Part shown: one piece after another, positions 1 to 11,965 of the stretch
Position numbering within the stretch: position 1 is the stretch's first letter
How the letters are laid out: each line of letters opens with the position of its first letter
Assembly: GCA_918797485.1 (NCBI GenBank)
Contig: CAKKNE010000006.1
Location: 3,286,001-3,350,000 of the forward strand
Source of the DNA: Pelagomonas calceolata
Taxonomy: Eukaryota
DNA length: 64,000 bases
Direction of reading: 5' to 3'
Program-made: the position numbers and the translations under genes
The notes under the pieces: model-generated
What the model saw: only the letters and a program-made list of their open reading frames with translations
What the model was told of the DNA's origin: nothing
Databases searched by the model: none

Positions 1-231
1 GAGTGCAGAGTGCAGCGATAGTGCCCAGATGGCTTCACAGCGTCGCAAGCAAATGGCCCAAAAAACGAGGTAGCGTGCTTGACACACTAGGAAAAAATGC
101 AAAAACCGGACTCTAGACCAGCATTGATGCCCAGCGGCCTGTAAGACACTAGCAAACAAGCCCTCGGGGCTGCCCGAATAGGATACGCCGGCTGCCCCAC
201 AATTCAAGGCGCCAGCCATGACGACGAGTCC

Positions 232-1248
232 ATGAGGCTGCTGCTGGCCTATGTGATCACAAAAGCACTGGGAGCCACGGTCACGCTCGACAGCAACGAC
301 GTGCGCCACGCCTTTGTGGGCGGCGGGTCCGGGCGCGTCGCGGCGCGCACGCGCGCGGCGCCGCCCGAGCCCGGCTGCGTCGAGCGGCGCGTCGGGGACA
401 CCCACCCGGAGCTCGGCAACACCGACGACGTCTTCGTCCGGCGCTGCGGCCCGCCGCCCGTCACGAACGCGACGCGGGTTGCCTTATGCGTGCCCACGCT
501 CTATGGTGCGTATCTCAGGGCGCCTTCGACGATGCGCTGGGCCGCGGCGTGGCTTGAGCACTATAGAAGCTTGGGCGTCGCCCACTTCTTTGTCTACGCC
601 GCGGCGCCCGTGCGAGGGCTGGACGCCGCCGACGTCACGTTGCTGGACGTGGCGTGGCTCGGCGGCTGCCGCGCGCTACCCAAAACGCACCACGCGCGGT
701 GCGCGTACACACAAAACCGGAGCCTCGTCTACTGGGGCCAGAACTGGGTCCTGAACGACTGCCACCAGCGCGCGGCTGCCCAAGGCTTCGGCTGGGCGCT
801 CGCGGTGGACCTCGACGAGGTCCTCGAGCTCGGGCCGAACCGCACGTTGGCGGACCTCGCCCGCGATCCCGTCGACGTGCACACCTTCGGCTCCTCGGCC
901 GAGCGGCCGCGCCCCTGCGGCGCGCCGTGTGCCGCCGGCGCCGCGCCGCCTCCCGCGCGGCCGCATTGCCTCCCGCGGTACTGCGGCGACTGCGAGCGGT
1001 GCCTCGGCCATCGCGGCCGGCGAAAGCACCTCTCCCGCGTCGCGCGCGTGCACGGTGCGAACATCCACTTCGTCTCGCCCCGCGCCTGCGCGCCGCCGTG
1101 CCAGGTCCGTGACCACGCGGCGACGAACGCCTGGCTTCGGCACTTCGGCGGCCGTAAGTCGCGGTCCGGGATGCGGTCGCTCCGTATCACGGACGGGTGC
1201 CCGAGGACCTACTGCGAGACGGCTGGTTGGATGGGCCCCCAGCAGTAA
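232..1248 (+). CDS. Secreted/Golgi glycosyltransferase, GT92 (DUF23)/GT2-like
   Basis: Signal peptide; 'WLEHYRSLGVAHFFVY', 'QNWVLNDC' and DxD motif 'VDLDE' typical of GT92-like proteins. Confidence 0.65.
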   Translation: MRLLLAYVITKALGATVTLDSNDVRHAFVGGGSGRVAARTRAAPPEPGCVERRVGDTHPELGNTDDVFVRRCGPPPVTNATRVALCVPTLYGAYLRAPSTMRWAAAWLEHYRSLGVAHFFVYAAAPVRGLDAADVTLLDVAWLGGCRALPKTHHARCAYTQNRSLVYWGQNWVLNDCHQRAAAQGFGWALAVDLDEVLELGPNRTLADLARDPVDVHTFGSSAERPRPCGAPCAAGAAPPPARPHCLPRYCGDCERCLGHRGRRKHLSRVARVHGANIHFVSPRACAPPCQVRDHAATNAWLRHFGGRKSRSGMRSLRITDGCPRTYCETAGWMGPQQ

Positions 1249-1547
1249 TCTGGTACGGTGACTAGTGAGTGGAGATCCGGGGGAGACACCGCGCGTCGCC
1301 GATTCATCGGCGGCGGGCGCGTGCCGCGTTTTTTATAGCAGCATACCTCCTTCCAAGCAGAGCCGCCTCGGCAAACCCCCCGCACAAGTGTATGTCTCCA
1401 CGGAGCTAATGTAGACATACTAGATTTTTCACACAGAGCAAAGTTAAAACTGGGCAGCCTCCAGGCTGTGCCGTTCACCACTGTTCAAAGAGGCATGCAT
1501 TCGGTGTCTGGGCTGCTGAAAGGGCAGCTCTCCGACCGCACAAACAC

Positions 1548-2877
1548 ATGAAGGACCATCCCCCGCGGCGCCGCCCGGCGGCGCTCCTGCCCCGACTCCT
1601 TCTCGCCGCGCCCGTCGCGGTCTTCATGGTGCTCTACGCGCGCACCGAACGAACGCGACGACCGGAAACCACGAAGGCGGGCCTCATCTATTTAAGAATC
1701 GCGGACCCGCGCCACCGCCAGGACGCGTTCCGCGCGAGCTGGCCGCCGTGGCTGCCCGCGCTCGAGGCCTCGGCGCGCGCGAACGCGCGGAGCGTGACGT
1801 ACTATTTTATCGGCGCGCCGGCGAACGTGACGTGCGTCAACTGCGTCGAGATTCCATTGGACCTCGCCGGCCTGCGGGCGCGCGTCGCGAAGTATCTGGG
1901 CGTCGCCGACATGGAAATCAAAAGCGTCAAAAATAAAATCTGCGACCTCAAGCCCATGTGGCCCGTGCTCTTCCCCGAGGTCAGCGCGCGCCACGAGTGG
2001 GTCGGCTTCGCGGACGCCGACGTGCTCTTCGGGGACCTCGCGGCCGAGGTCGACCTGCTGACGGCGTCTGATGATTTGCTCGTGCCCTCGAGCTGGCACC
2101 CCTACCCCCTGGCGAACGGCAACTTCATGCTCTTCCGGTCGACGGCGCGCGTGCTGCAGGCCTTCCGGGGCGCCGGCTGGCGCGAGGCGGTGCGCTCGCC
2201 GGGCTACTCGGTCTTCGACGAGTGGCACGGGCGCGGCTCCGCGACGGACTTCGGCCACGCGCTGCTCGAGATGCACCTGAACGGCAAGCTCCGGCCGAAG
2301 CCGACGAGCCGCCTGTTCCTGCAGGACGCGGTGTCCGGCGGCCGCGCGCTCATGGAGCGGCCCGCGGCGCTGCGCGCGACGTGGGCCCGCGGCCGCCTGC
2401 GCGTGGCGTACCGGGGCCCGTGCTACTGCTCCAAAGACGTCGTCCCCCACTGTGTGGAAATCAACCAGTGTGCCGGGTGCACTCATGAAGTCATTTCTCG
2501 GCAATGAGGCTGCCGTGCTGGCTCCGTCGAGTGGTGGGAGACCCATACCGCCACGCCGTTGAGAAGGCGTCGCGTCGATGGCGTGGAGGTCGACGCGACG
2601 ATTCAGCAGAACACGCCGCAAAATTTTGATTTTCACACAGGTCCCCCAGTTCGCCATCGCGCACTGCTCCGAGTGCGTCTTCCGGGCGGGGGCGACGCCG
2701 GACGTCACGGTCGCGCGGGACCTCGAGGTGCTCGCGTACCACATGCTCTACACGAAGCCTTGGATCGGCCGGAAGTACGCCGTCGCGCCGGCGCTGCGCG
2801 ACTGCGAGGCGTTCGCGCTCTGGAAGAGCGAGACGAGCCGCGAGCACCACCTAGAATGCGTCGACGCGCCCCGATAG
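1548..2877 (+). CDS. DUF6625-like type II membrane glycosyltransferase-like protein; join(1548..2441,2641..2877)
   Basis: N-terminal TM anchor; 'KICDLKPMW...WVGFADADVLFGDL' motif; removing intron 2442-2640 joins two ORFs in frame (KDV|VPQFAIAHC). Confidence 0.65.
2450..2640 (+). mobile_element. Introner element copy 1 (GT-AG intron 2442-2640, 199 nt, phase 0)
   Basis: TIRs ctgtgtggaaatca / tgattttcacacag; perfect 8-bp TSD gtccccca at 2442-2449 and 2641-2648. Confidence 0.95.
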
Positions 2878-3155
2878 CGTCGTAACGTATGAGCACCTTC
2901 TCAAACCCATCGGAGCCTAATCGGAGCCGACTCAAGTTCGGCGGCGTGATAGCATAATCGATTTTTTTACGACGGGGTCAAGGGGGGGTCCGATGGGGAC
3001 CGATTAGTTGCGGGGACGTCTCGATCTTGGCGGCGCGAGGAAGGGAGAGGGGATCACAGAGCACGGCCGCGGCGTCGGCTCCGTCGCCGTCGCCCCGGTG
3101 CAGCGACGCCTCTAAATCGCGGGTGATGGAATTGATTAACTCAAGTTGAAGTTTC

Positions 3156-3183
3156 ACTAATGTACCGCATGCGGTACATTAGT
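3156..3183. repeat. Perfect 28-bp palindrome
   Basis: actaatgtaccgcatgcggtacattagt equals its own reverse complement. Confidence 0.95.
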
Positions 3184-3257
3184 CTTACGCTAGCATCATG
3201 TAAGACACTAGCATGCTTGCGTCCTAGTCCAGCCGGACGGGTGGGCCCGGGGGGAGC

Positions 3258-3330
3258 GGGAGGGGTACGGGGGACCCTGCGACGTAACTAGCCTGAGCCT
3301 GAGCTAGCCTGAGCCTGAGCCTGAGCTAGC
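3258..3330 (+). repeat. Dispersed repeat B: G-rich head plus (GCCTGA)n tail
   Basis: gggaggggtacgggggacc..gcgacgtaactagcctgagcctga; related copies at 15663-15710 and 24685-24730. Confidence 0.85.
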
Positions 3331-3369
3331 AATCTCAGCTGCCCGTGGGACAGAAACGCGCATTTTACA

Positions 3370-4731
3370 TTATCCCCCGTCGAGATAAAGCCGCTGCGCG
3401 ACCTCCGCCCGGGACCGGTACATCGTCGCATCGCCCGGTCTTGAGTAGTACGAGCCTCGCGCGTCGCGATTTTTGACGAAGCCGTCGGCGGCCATGCGCT
3501 TTACCACGGCCTCGAGGTCACCCGGCCGCCGCGGGATCTGCGTGACATTTGACTTCCCTGGCTCTCTGGCCCGCAGGCACCGCCGCCGCACCAGGTCCGC
3601 GAATTCGACCGCGAGCCACGACGCGGACGGCCTCTTTTCCCAGCGCAGGGCCAGCATCGCCGCGAGCAGGACGTTCTCCCGCGGAGCCTCGTGTCCTGCG
3701 TGTTGCGCGAGGGGCGCGCATCGTTTCGGTAGCATGTCAAGCAAGCTCGTGAAGTTGTCCCAGGCGGCGGGCGGCGCGGCGCGGGCCCGGGCGGCCGCCG
3801 CAGCCGCGTTCTCAAACGCCTGTCTCTCTCGCTCCGTGGGGATCGGCACTCGCGCGGCGGCGCTCCGCGCGCGCGCCGCCGCCGCCGCCGCCGCCTCCCC
3901 GTACGCTCGATTCAGCCTACTCATCCAATCCCTGTGCGCCCTGTGGCCGTTTCTGTGCCACATTTCAAACGCAAAACACCGAACGAGCAGGAACATGACC
4001 CCCGCGCTCCAGACGTCGGAGGCCGGCGTGAGCGGCACGTGCCCCGCCTCGGGCGCGATCCCCTGCGTGCCGGGCCGCTGCGCGCAACTCGCGTTCACGA
4101 GGCACGCCCGCCCAAAGTCCGCGACGCGCCACCTCAGGTAGTTCCCCTCGCGCCGCATCAGCAGGTTGCCGGCGTGCAGGTCCTGGTTGACGAGTCCCCG
4201 GGCGTGCGTCGCCGCGAGGCCTACGAGCGTCTGGTGCATCATCTGCAACGCAAAGCAGGCGTGCGTCTCGTAGTTTAGGCGCGCGTCGGCCTCCCGCGGG
4301 GGCCGGTCCAGGAGCTGCTTCAAGGTGCCGTCCATCCGCTCGTACGTCGCGACGCGGGAGGACACGCCGTCAAGCACGCCGCCGCGGAAGCACGCCGCCG
4401 CGGTCATCACGTGCGCGCCGGACACGTTCAGCAGGCTCGGGAGGAGCTCGTTCGCGAGGTGAATCGCCATGCCTTCGGGGGCCCGCTTCAGGACCACGGG
4501 CCGTCGCGTCTGCGCGTCCGTGGCCGCGTCGACGGCCAGCACGACACCCCCCGACAGCCGCGTCCGGTCGACGAAGCGCGCCTCGTCGAAGGCCTCGCCG
4601 CAAAACGCGTCAAGCGCCGCGCTCTGCTCAAAGCGCGCTCTGCTCAAAACGCTCCCCCAAAACGCGTTGTGCGCCGTCGGCAGCGGCGTGGCGCGCGCGA
4701 GCAGGAGCAGCAATGGCGGCCATGGCACCAT
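3370..4731 (-). CDS. Protein kinase-like protein with signal peptide
   Basis: VVLK, catalytic loop 'NQDLHAGN', DFG, APE, 'SDVWSAG'; likely start MVPWPPLLLLL at 4731. Confidence 0.75.
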   Translation of the reverse strand: MVPWPPLLLLLARATPLPTAHNAFWGSVLSRARFEQSAALDAFCGEAFDEARFVDRTRLSGGVVLAVDAATDAQTRRPVVLKRAPEGMAIHLANELLPSLLNVSGAHVMTAAACFRGGVLDGVSSRVATYERMDGTLKQLLDRPPREADARLNYETHACFALQMMHQTLVGLAATHARGLVNQDLHAGNLLMRREGNYLRWRVADFGRACLVNASCAQRPGTQGIAPEAGHVPLTPASDVWSAGVMFLLVRCFAFEMWHRNGHRAHRDWMSRLNRAYGEAAAAAAARARSAAARVPIPTERERQAFENAAAAAARARAAPPAAWDNFTSLLDMLPKRCAPLAQHAGHEAPRENVLLAAMLALRWEKRPSASWLAVEFADLVRRRCLRAREPGKSNVTQIPRRPGDLEAVVKRMAADGFVKNRDARGSYYSRPGDATMYRSRAEVAQRLYLDGG

Positions 4732-4941
4732 CCAGCGAGGCTGCCTGCTGCCTCGTCGGTGCAAAAACGCGTTACACCGGCACGGGGCAGCTTGCAAAAC
4801 CGATGAAGACACGCTAGTAGACACACTAGCTTTGCTTGCCCGGAGCATCATCCGAGCATGAGATATTGCTGTGCAGCGCAGGCATTGCTGCTTGGCTTTA
4901 TGCTAAGGACTAGCATGTGGTGAGGAGGTCGCGCGGTCTTT

Positions 4942-5790
4942 ATGCTGCCCCTGCTGCCCCTTCTGCTGCCATGCTGCTCCGCGCAAAGGCGGAAGGCCGT
5001 CGTCGCGCTGCGGGGCGACGCGTTCCGGTTCGGCCACAACTCGAAACAGGGATGCGTCCACGTGAACCAGTCCTACGCGAACCAGCTCTGGCAGGTCGAA
5101 TCGATCAAAAGGTACGTGATGGAGCCGCTGCGGGCGGCGGGGTACACCGTGGCCGTGACCGGCGTGGTGTACGAGGGCTGCGACGCGGCCTGGACGCGCG
5201 CGATCGCCGCGGCGCTCGCCCCCGCGAGCGACGCGACGCGCATCGACTTCGCGCTCCCGCGGCGCGACGAGCACCAGCAGCGCGTCGTGTTCGCGCTGGC
5301 GGTGGACCACGCGTTCCGGCTGCACCCCGACGCGGCCTTCGTGGTCGTCTCGCGGCTCGACGTCACCTACTGCCGGGCCATGCGCCGGCCCAACGGGACG
5401 CTCTGGCGGGCGTCGCTGGGCGTCGGCGTCGGCACCGGCTGGTGGGACCAGGTCCACGTCGTCGGGGCGGGCGCGCGCGACGCCGTCCGCCGCGTCCTGG
5501 CGTCCCCGAAGTCGCTCCACTTCGGCGGCCTCCAGCGGAACTTCGTCGAGCGCGTCGCGACGCCGACGACCTCGCCTCCGCTCTTCACCCTGTTCGACGC
5601 GACGCCCGACCCCTACGCGCACTGCGACCGACCGGGCCCGCCGAGGCCCGGCTACAACTTCGTCGCGTCGACGCCGTGCTGCCTGGCGAACTCGTCGTGC
5701 GGCCAGGGCCGCGACCGCTGCACCGGCAAGCCCACCGTCCGCCGCCACGGCGTCAAGGCCCTGTCGTCGTACGTTCCCGACGTAAGTACT
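4942..5790 (+). CDS. Secreted hypothetical protein, glycosyltransferase-like; 3' end uncertain
   Basis: Signal peptide, 'VVALRG' and 'VVVSRLDV' motifs, strong GC3 bias up to ~5781; no in-frame stop before the convergent gene. Confidence 0.5.
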
Positions 5791-5817
5791 AGTAGTAGCG
5801 CCAACACACAGGGACGG

Positions 5818-6774
5818 TTAGCCCGGCGCGTTCGCGCACGGCCCGCGGACGGGCCGCGGGCAGAGCCTCGTCGCCGCGACGGCGGCGCCCCACCGCGCGA
5901 CGCGCTCCGCGAAGACCCGGTCCGCCAGCGCGTAGAGGGCCGCGTCGCCCTCGAGCCAGCCGGCCGCCGCCGCGTGCGCCGCCGCCGGCCACGCGCGCAT
6001 CGCGCGGGCCGTCCGGTCGCGCGCCCCGCCGTGGACGTGGCCGACGCAGACCCGCTCCGGGCGCACGCCGCCGATCTCGAGCACCGCGACCCTCAGGAAG
6101 GTCTCGAGGCGGTCGAACGTGCCGACGACGACGTCGTCGCGCCGGATGTTCGCGGCGGCCCGCGCGAGCGCGGCGCCGACGTCGTAGGCCGGCGCCGCGT
6201 ACGTCTGCGACAGCACCGCGAGCGGCGACGGCTGCAGGTTGCCGTGCACGCGGCAGCCCTGCCAGCGGCACTTCACATAAAACGACACGTTCGCCGGCGA
6301 GGGCTCCGCGGGCGCCTCACGAGGACCGAAGAAGTAGAACGCGCTCACGAGGCGCGCCACGGGCTCGCGCACGACGACGAAGACGCGGATGGGCGCGACC
6401 GGCGCCACAAAAGGGATGCGGATGGTCTTGTCGTAGTTGACGTGGATCTCCCAGCCCCGGTCGACGGCGTCCTCCGCGGCGCGGCGCTTGTCGCCGAGGC
6501 ACGTGGCCAGCGCGGCGCGCCCGCCCACGCCGTAGATGAGGGGCGCGCGCTCGCCCTGGTACTCGCCGCACCGGCCCTTCCAGAACCAGCGGCCCCGGTC
6601 GCAGATCCGGCCGAAGAGCGCGCGCTTGGCCGTCGCGGAGCCGCTCTTCTTGAGCTTGAGGAAGACGGGGAAGGGGTCCGGCACGACGGCGTCCGCGTGG
6701 GCGGCGAGGCGCTGGTCCGGCGGCACGCCCACCCGCGCGGCGCCGAGCAGGGGCAGGAGCGCGAGGCGCCTCAT
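5818..6774 (-). CDS. Golgi-type carbohydrate sulfotransferase
   Basis: Signal peptide MRRLALLPLL; PAPS-binding motifs 'FLKLKKSGSAT' and 'VREPVARLVSAFYF'. Confidence 0.75.
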   Translation of the reverse strand: MRRLALLPLLGAARVGVPPDQRLAAHADAVVPDPFPVFLKLKKSGSATAKRALFGRICDRGRWFWKGRCGEYQGERAPLIYGVGGRAALATCLGDKRRAAEDAVDRGWEIHVNYDKTIRIPFVAPVAPIRVFVVVREPVARLVSAFYFFGPREAPAEPSPANVSFYVKCRWQGCRVHGNLQPSPLAVLSQTYAAPAYDVGAALARAAANIRRDDVVVGTFDRLETFLRVAVLEIGGVRPERVCVGHVHGGARDRTARAMRAWPAAAHAAAAGWLEGDAALYALADRVFAERVARWGAAVAATRLCPRPVRGPCANAPG

Positions 6775-7544
6775 CCCACGGGCAGCCCCATCCGTCGTGC
6801 TGACCGCGTTTCGTGCACCACGGTGGTAAATGAATGCTGCGCCGCCCGCGCGCGGGATCCCGGGAGCCTCCGCTCGGAGAGGCACTCGGAGGCAGGGGAG
6901 ACGAGGCGACGCTTTTCCAGCGGTCGCGAGGTCCGGGACCGCGTGGCGCGAGCGGTAGCGGATCGCTCCCCGCGCCGTCGGGCGGCTCCGTACGGAAAAA
7001 AATCGCGGGCGGTCGCGCTCGGACGCGCTGCGAGGCGTCGCCGGGGGCGCGGCGGCGCCTCCCAATCAAAGGGGACGCCCGCCGCGCGCCGCGCGTTTCG
7101 GGGGTTTCACCGTAAAGTATCCAGCTTTCGGGCCAACTCGCCCCCCCGGCCTGGCCAACGCCGCTGCCGCTTTGTGCCGCGTCGCAGCGCCCGGACCGCG
7201 AAGACCACGAAGAGGCACCGGCACCGACGAGCCGCAGCAGCCGCCACCGCGCGCCGCCGCGTCCGCACGCCCCGACGCGGGCAGCCCACGCCTAGCGCCA
7301 CGGCGGGGGCCGCGCCCGAGGCGTGCCGGCCGCCCCCGCCCGCCCGCGCCGCCGCGCGGCCCCCGCCGCCGCGCGCGCCCCGCGGCCGCCCGCCGGCGGC
7401 GCGCGCGGACCCGCGCGGGCCGCCCGCTCGCGCGCCAACTGCCGCGCGGGCGCGGCCCGCCGGGGACCCCCTCGCCCGCCCCGGACGCGCGGCCCCCTCA
7501 CGGTTGCACACGCAGGTCCGCCGCCGCCGCCGCCGCCGGGGACG

Positions 7545-10500
7545 ATGAAGGCGCGCCGCAGGAGCCGCCTCGCCGCGCTCGCGCTGGTCGTCGGCCGCGC
7601 GGCCGCGCAGACGCCGACCGCGTCTCCGACCTTCGAGACGTGGACGCCGACGTCGAAGCCGACGGATCGTCCGTCCAACACGCCGACGACCGGCGCGCCG
7701 ACGTACTGGACGCCGGCGCCCTTCGCGGCGCCGCCGGACGACTACGACCGCGACACGTTCGACCACGACCCCGGCACGTGCGGCAACTACGCGCCGAACG
7801 AGGTCTACACGGCGGAGGCGCTCGGGCTGAAGGGCGCCTACGCACTCGCCAACGACGGCGTGGACGGGGACTGCTGCTACGAGTACGTCCACAACGACTG
7901 CACGCACAACCCGACGGGCTTGCCGACCCTGGTGCCCACCGCGCTCCCGACAACCCAGCCCTCGGCGCTGCCCACGGTCGAGAAGCCGACGCCCATGCCG
8001 GTCTCGGACCCGACGAAGGTCCCGACGACCCTACCGACGTCGACGCCGACCTCGGCGCCGACGAAGGCGCCGACGAAGGTCCCGACGTCCCTCCCGACAT
8101 CCGTGCCGACGTCGGAGCCGTCGGAGGCGCCGTCGCCGGCGCCGTCGAAGGTCCCGACGGGCGTTCCGACGGAGCAGGACCCGACACCTTTGCCGACGAG
8201 CCCACCGTCGGCGGAGCCGACGTTAATCCCGTCTCCGACGCCGACGACGCCGCCGTCGTCGGCGCCCTCAGAGGCGCCGGTACCGGCGCCCACGAAACCC
8301 CCCACATCCATACCGACCACTCTGCCTACTTCGGAGCCGACGCCCACGTTCTCGCCGACGCGCACCCCGACGACCGTGCCGACGCCGGTCCCAATCTCCA
8401 AACCGACGCCGGGACCGTCAGCCGTGCCGACTCTCGTCCCGACCTCGTCGCCGTCGGCAAAGCCGACGTCCGAGCCGACGAAGTCGCCGACGACGATCCC
8501 GACCTCGCTGCCGACGGCGAGCCCGACGCCTTCGCCGTCGGCACCGCCGACCTCGGTGCCGACGTCGCCGACGTTTTTGCCAACTCCCCTCCCGAGCTCG
8601 GTGCCGACGTCGCGGCCGTCCGCCTTGCCGACGGCGTCCTGGTCGCCGACTGACTTGCCGACGTCCGTGCCGACGGCGCAGCCCCAGGTCTCGGCCAAAC
8701 CGACGGGGGTGCCGACCACGGTCCCGACGAGCGAGCCGACGATCCCCCTGCCGACGTCCGTGCCGACGGGCATCCCGACACCGGACCCGTCCGTGTCGCC
8801 GACGCCCGCGCCGACCGTGCAGCCGACGAACGGCGACTGCCTCGAGAAGATCACGGACTTCTGCCAGTGCACGTACGTGCTCTTCGAGGTCTCGCACACG
8901 CTCGCGCCGACGCCGGCGCCCACGACGGCGGTGCCCTCGCCGGGCCCGACGCCTGCGCCCACGCCGGTGCCCACGCCGGCGCCCACGCCCCGGCCCTCGG
9001 AACAAAAACCCCCGGGCGCTCCCGATCCGACGCCGAAGCCGACGCGGGTGCCGCGGCCCAGTCCGACCCGGGCCCCGACGAACGTGCCGACCTCGGTCCC
9101 GACGACGCCGCCGTCCCCCGAGCCGTCCGCCGTCCCGACGACGATGCCGACGTCCCGCCCGACGACCACCCCGACGCCCGCGCCGACGCCTCTGCCGACG
9201 CTCCCCCCGACATCCGTGCCAACGTCCATTCCGACGCCCGCGCCGATCCCGGTGCCGACGAAAATCCCGACGAGCGTCCCGACGTCGCTCCCGACGAGCG
9301 ACCCGACGGGCGTGCCGGTACCCGTCCCGACGGGCGCGCCGACGTTACCTCCGACGAGCGCTCCTTCGGCAAGCCCGACCTTCGACAGCTTCGCCCCGAC
9401 GGCCATGCCGACGACGGGAGCGCCGACGGTGAATCCGACGCTCGTCCCGACGTCCGTGCCGACGACCGAGCCGACGTCAGCGCCGACGAAAGTGCCCACC
9501 GCGCAGCCGTCGCTCGAGCCCACGTGGCAATCCCAAGCTCCAACCAAAACCCCGACGTCCGTGCCGACGACCGAGCCGACGTCCCAGCCGACAAGCGTGC
9601 CGTCCGGCGTGCCGACGAGCGCGCCGACGTCCCGGCCGACGCTGCCGCCGTCGCCCGTCCCGACGCCGTCGCCCACGGCCATGTGCCCTGCCATGGCGTG
9701 GCTCGAGGGCGATATGACGACGACCGGCTCCATGACGGCCCGGACCCGAGGGGCTCGAGGGGCTCCATGGACTGCGCACGAGGGCCCCGAGGCCATCACC
9801 AGCGCGGAGGACATCCGCGCCCAGGGCGGGCTTCTGGTCCTCGACCACAACAGGAATTGGGGCATCAAGGCCACGTGCTCCAACAACGCGGCCAAAAGTT
9901 GCGAGAGAGATGAGGATTGCGATCCCGGCAACACATGCGAGGCCAACGGCTGGGAGGGCGGCGTCAACCCGGCGAGCGGCATCGACGCCTGCTGCCGCTT
10001 CGTGCAGACGACGTGCCCGACGCCGCTGCCGTCGTCCGCGCCGACGTCGCCGCCGTCGCCGAGCCCGACGCTGCTGCCGTCGACGACCCCGACCAGCGTG
10101 CCGTCGAGCGTGCCCACGGTGCCGCCGTCGGAGACGCCGACGTCCGTCCCGACGGCCGAGCCCTCGGGAACCCCGACGATGATGCCGACGCCGCGGCCGA
10201 CGTTCACGCGCTACCCCTCGCCCGTGCCGACGATTCCCGCGCCCTCGCCCATCCCGACGAGCGTGCCCACGCCCTGGCCGACGACGGCGGTGCCCTCGCC
10301 GGGCCCGACGCCCGCGCCCACGCCGGCGCCCACGCCGGCGCCGACGAGCTGCCGCTGCGTCGCGTACTACGGCGTCAACCGCAACGTCGGCAACTTTGCG
10401 TTCCGCGACGACGGCCTCGTCTACGGCAGCCTGCCCGCGGTCAACCCGGCGTCGGAGCACTACGACCTCGCCTGGGCCGCCGGCGCGACGCTCAAGGACG

Positions 10501-11341
10501 GCTTCGACTGGGACGACTACCTGGCGGCGCGGGAGCACTTCTCCACGATAGCCACGAAGCAAGCGAACGCGGCCTCCTTCGCCGCGAAGAACGACTACGC
10601 GCCGCTGGGACCGGGCGCCGCGGGGAAGAACGGCGTGATTGCGAACACCGGGAACATCACCGCGGCAGAGCTCGCGCTGCAGGACGGGGGAACGACCCCC
10701 CCCAACAAGTACAGCTACAACATCACGGACATGGACAAGCGGTGCATCTACCGCATGGAACCGGAGCCGTCGGCCGCGCCGACGCCCAAGCCGTCCATCC
10801 CGCCGGGCGTGGCGGCGCCGACGCTCGCGCCGACGGTCACGCAGGCCGTCGTCGAGGTCTCGGCCGCGGTCGTGCTCACGGGCATCGACCCCACCGACTT
10901 CAACTCCGACCCGCAGCAGGTCGAGGCCTTCGCGCAAACGATCCTCGCGACCCTGCCCGCGGAGCTCGCGGGCGCCGAGGTCACGGACATCCGAGCCAAG
11001 TCCGCGCGTCGGCGGCGACTCCAAGCGGGCAGCGTCGAGGTCGAGTACACGATCGTCGTCCGACAGGACGCGACTACCGTGTCAGACGGCGGCCAGAGCA
11101 TCTTCAGCGACATTACGACGTCGCTTTCCGCGGCCGTGTCGAGCGGCGAGTTCCTCCAGACGCTCATCGAAGAGGCGGCCGCGGCGGGCGGGTCCGCCGC
11201 GATGGCGTTCATGACGATCGACGTCGACGTGACGGCGTCGACCGCGGCGATCAGTTCGGCGACCCTGACGCTCGTCATCACGACGCCGGCCCCCGTGGTG
11301 GCGACGCCGGCCCCCGTGGTGGCCCCGGCCGCCGCCGCCGC

Positions 11342-11372
<31 letters not shown>

Positions 11373-11507
11373 AGCGACGGCGGCCTGCTGATCATCATCA
11401 TCGTGGTCGTCGTCGTCGTCGTCATCGGCGGCGGCGCGGCGGCCTTCTTGGTGATGAAGAAGGGAGGCCGAGGCGCCGCCAAGATCGAGGCGTCCCCGCA
11501 CAACTAA
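7545..11507 (+). CDS. Large mucin-like type I membrane glycoprotein (Pro/Thr/Ser repeats, Cys-rich islands)
   Basis: Signal peptide from ATG 7545; long runs of xPT/xPS tetrapeptides; RRRL motif; poly-Gly linker followed by hydrophobic TM and short tail. Confidence 0.85.
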
Positions 11508-11965
11508 ACAAGCCCCCGCCCTCCCCCCGGGGCGCACCGGCCGGCCCGGGCCCCTGTTACCCCCTGACCAAACACCCCCGAGAAAAAAAAAACCGAAACC
11601 CCCAGTTGCACCGTCTAACTAGTTTCACGCTACTAGCTACATCGATCAAGCTTGCTGTCTCCTCGGTGCATAGAACGACTGCGCGCCAGCGTTTGGACTG
11701 CCCCGACGTCGCGTAGTGGAAGTCTTGAATGACACTTGGTGCGGGCAGCCAGGTCGGCTTCCATGTCCTAAGACTCCTAGTTCTAGTGTCTTTACGGGCC
11801 GCTAGCCACGAGCACGCGCGGCGCGGAGCCCTGGAAGCCGCGGTAGGGGCGGTAGCTCCTCAAACTGCAGCTGAAAGAGGCTTGCGATTAAGCAGCAGTT
11901 TTGTCTTGTCGCACGCCGACGGGAAAGGAGTCGCCTGGGGCGCGGACACCGCCTCGTCTGGGACC

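Noticed and set aside
7321..7515. Possible 5' UTR intron of the mucin gene ending cacacgcag
   Set aside because: The acceptor looks good but the donor is ambiguous and no reading-frame test is possible
5791..7548. C-terminal ~580 aa of the 868-aa ORF 4942..7548
   Set aside because: Arg/Ala-rich shadow of the minus-strand sulfotransferase and GC-rich promoter; no protein-like motifs
7877..10207. 776-aa Val/Gly-repeat ORF on the minus strand
   Set aside because: Mirror frame of the Pro/Thr codons of the mucin gene
7900..10350. Dense ccgacg repeats as a possible satellite or CRISPR array
   Set aside because: They encode xPT tetrapeptides; no constant repeat with unique spacers
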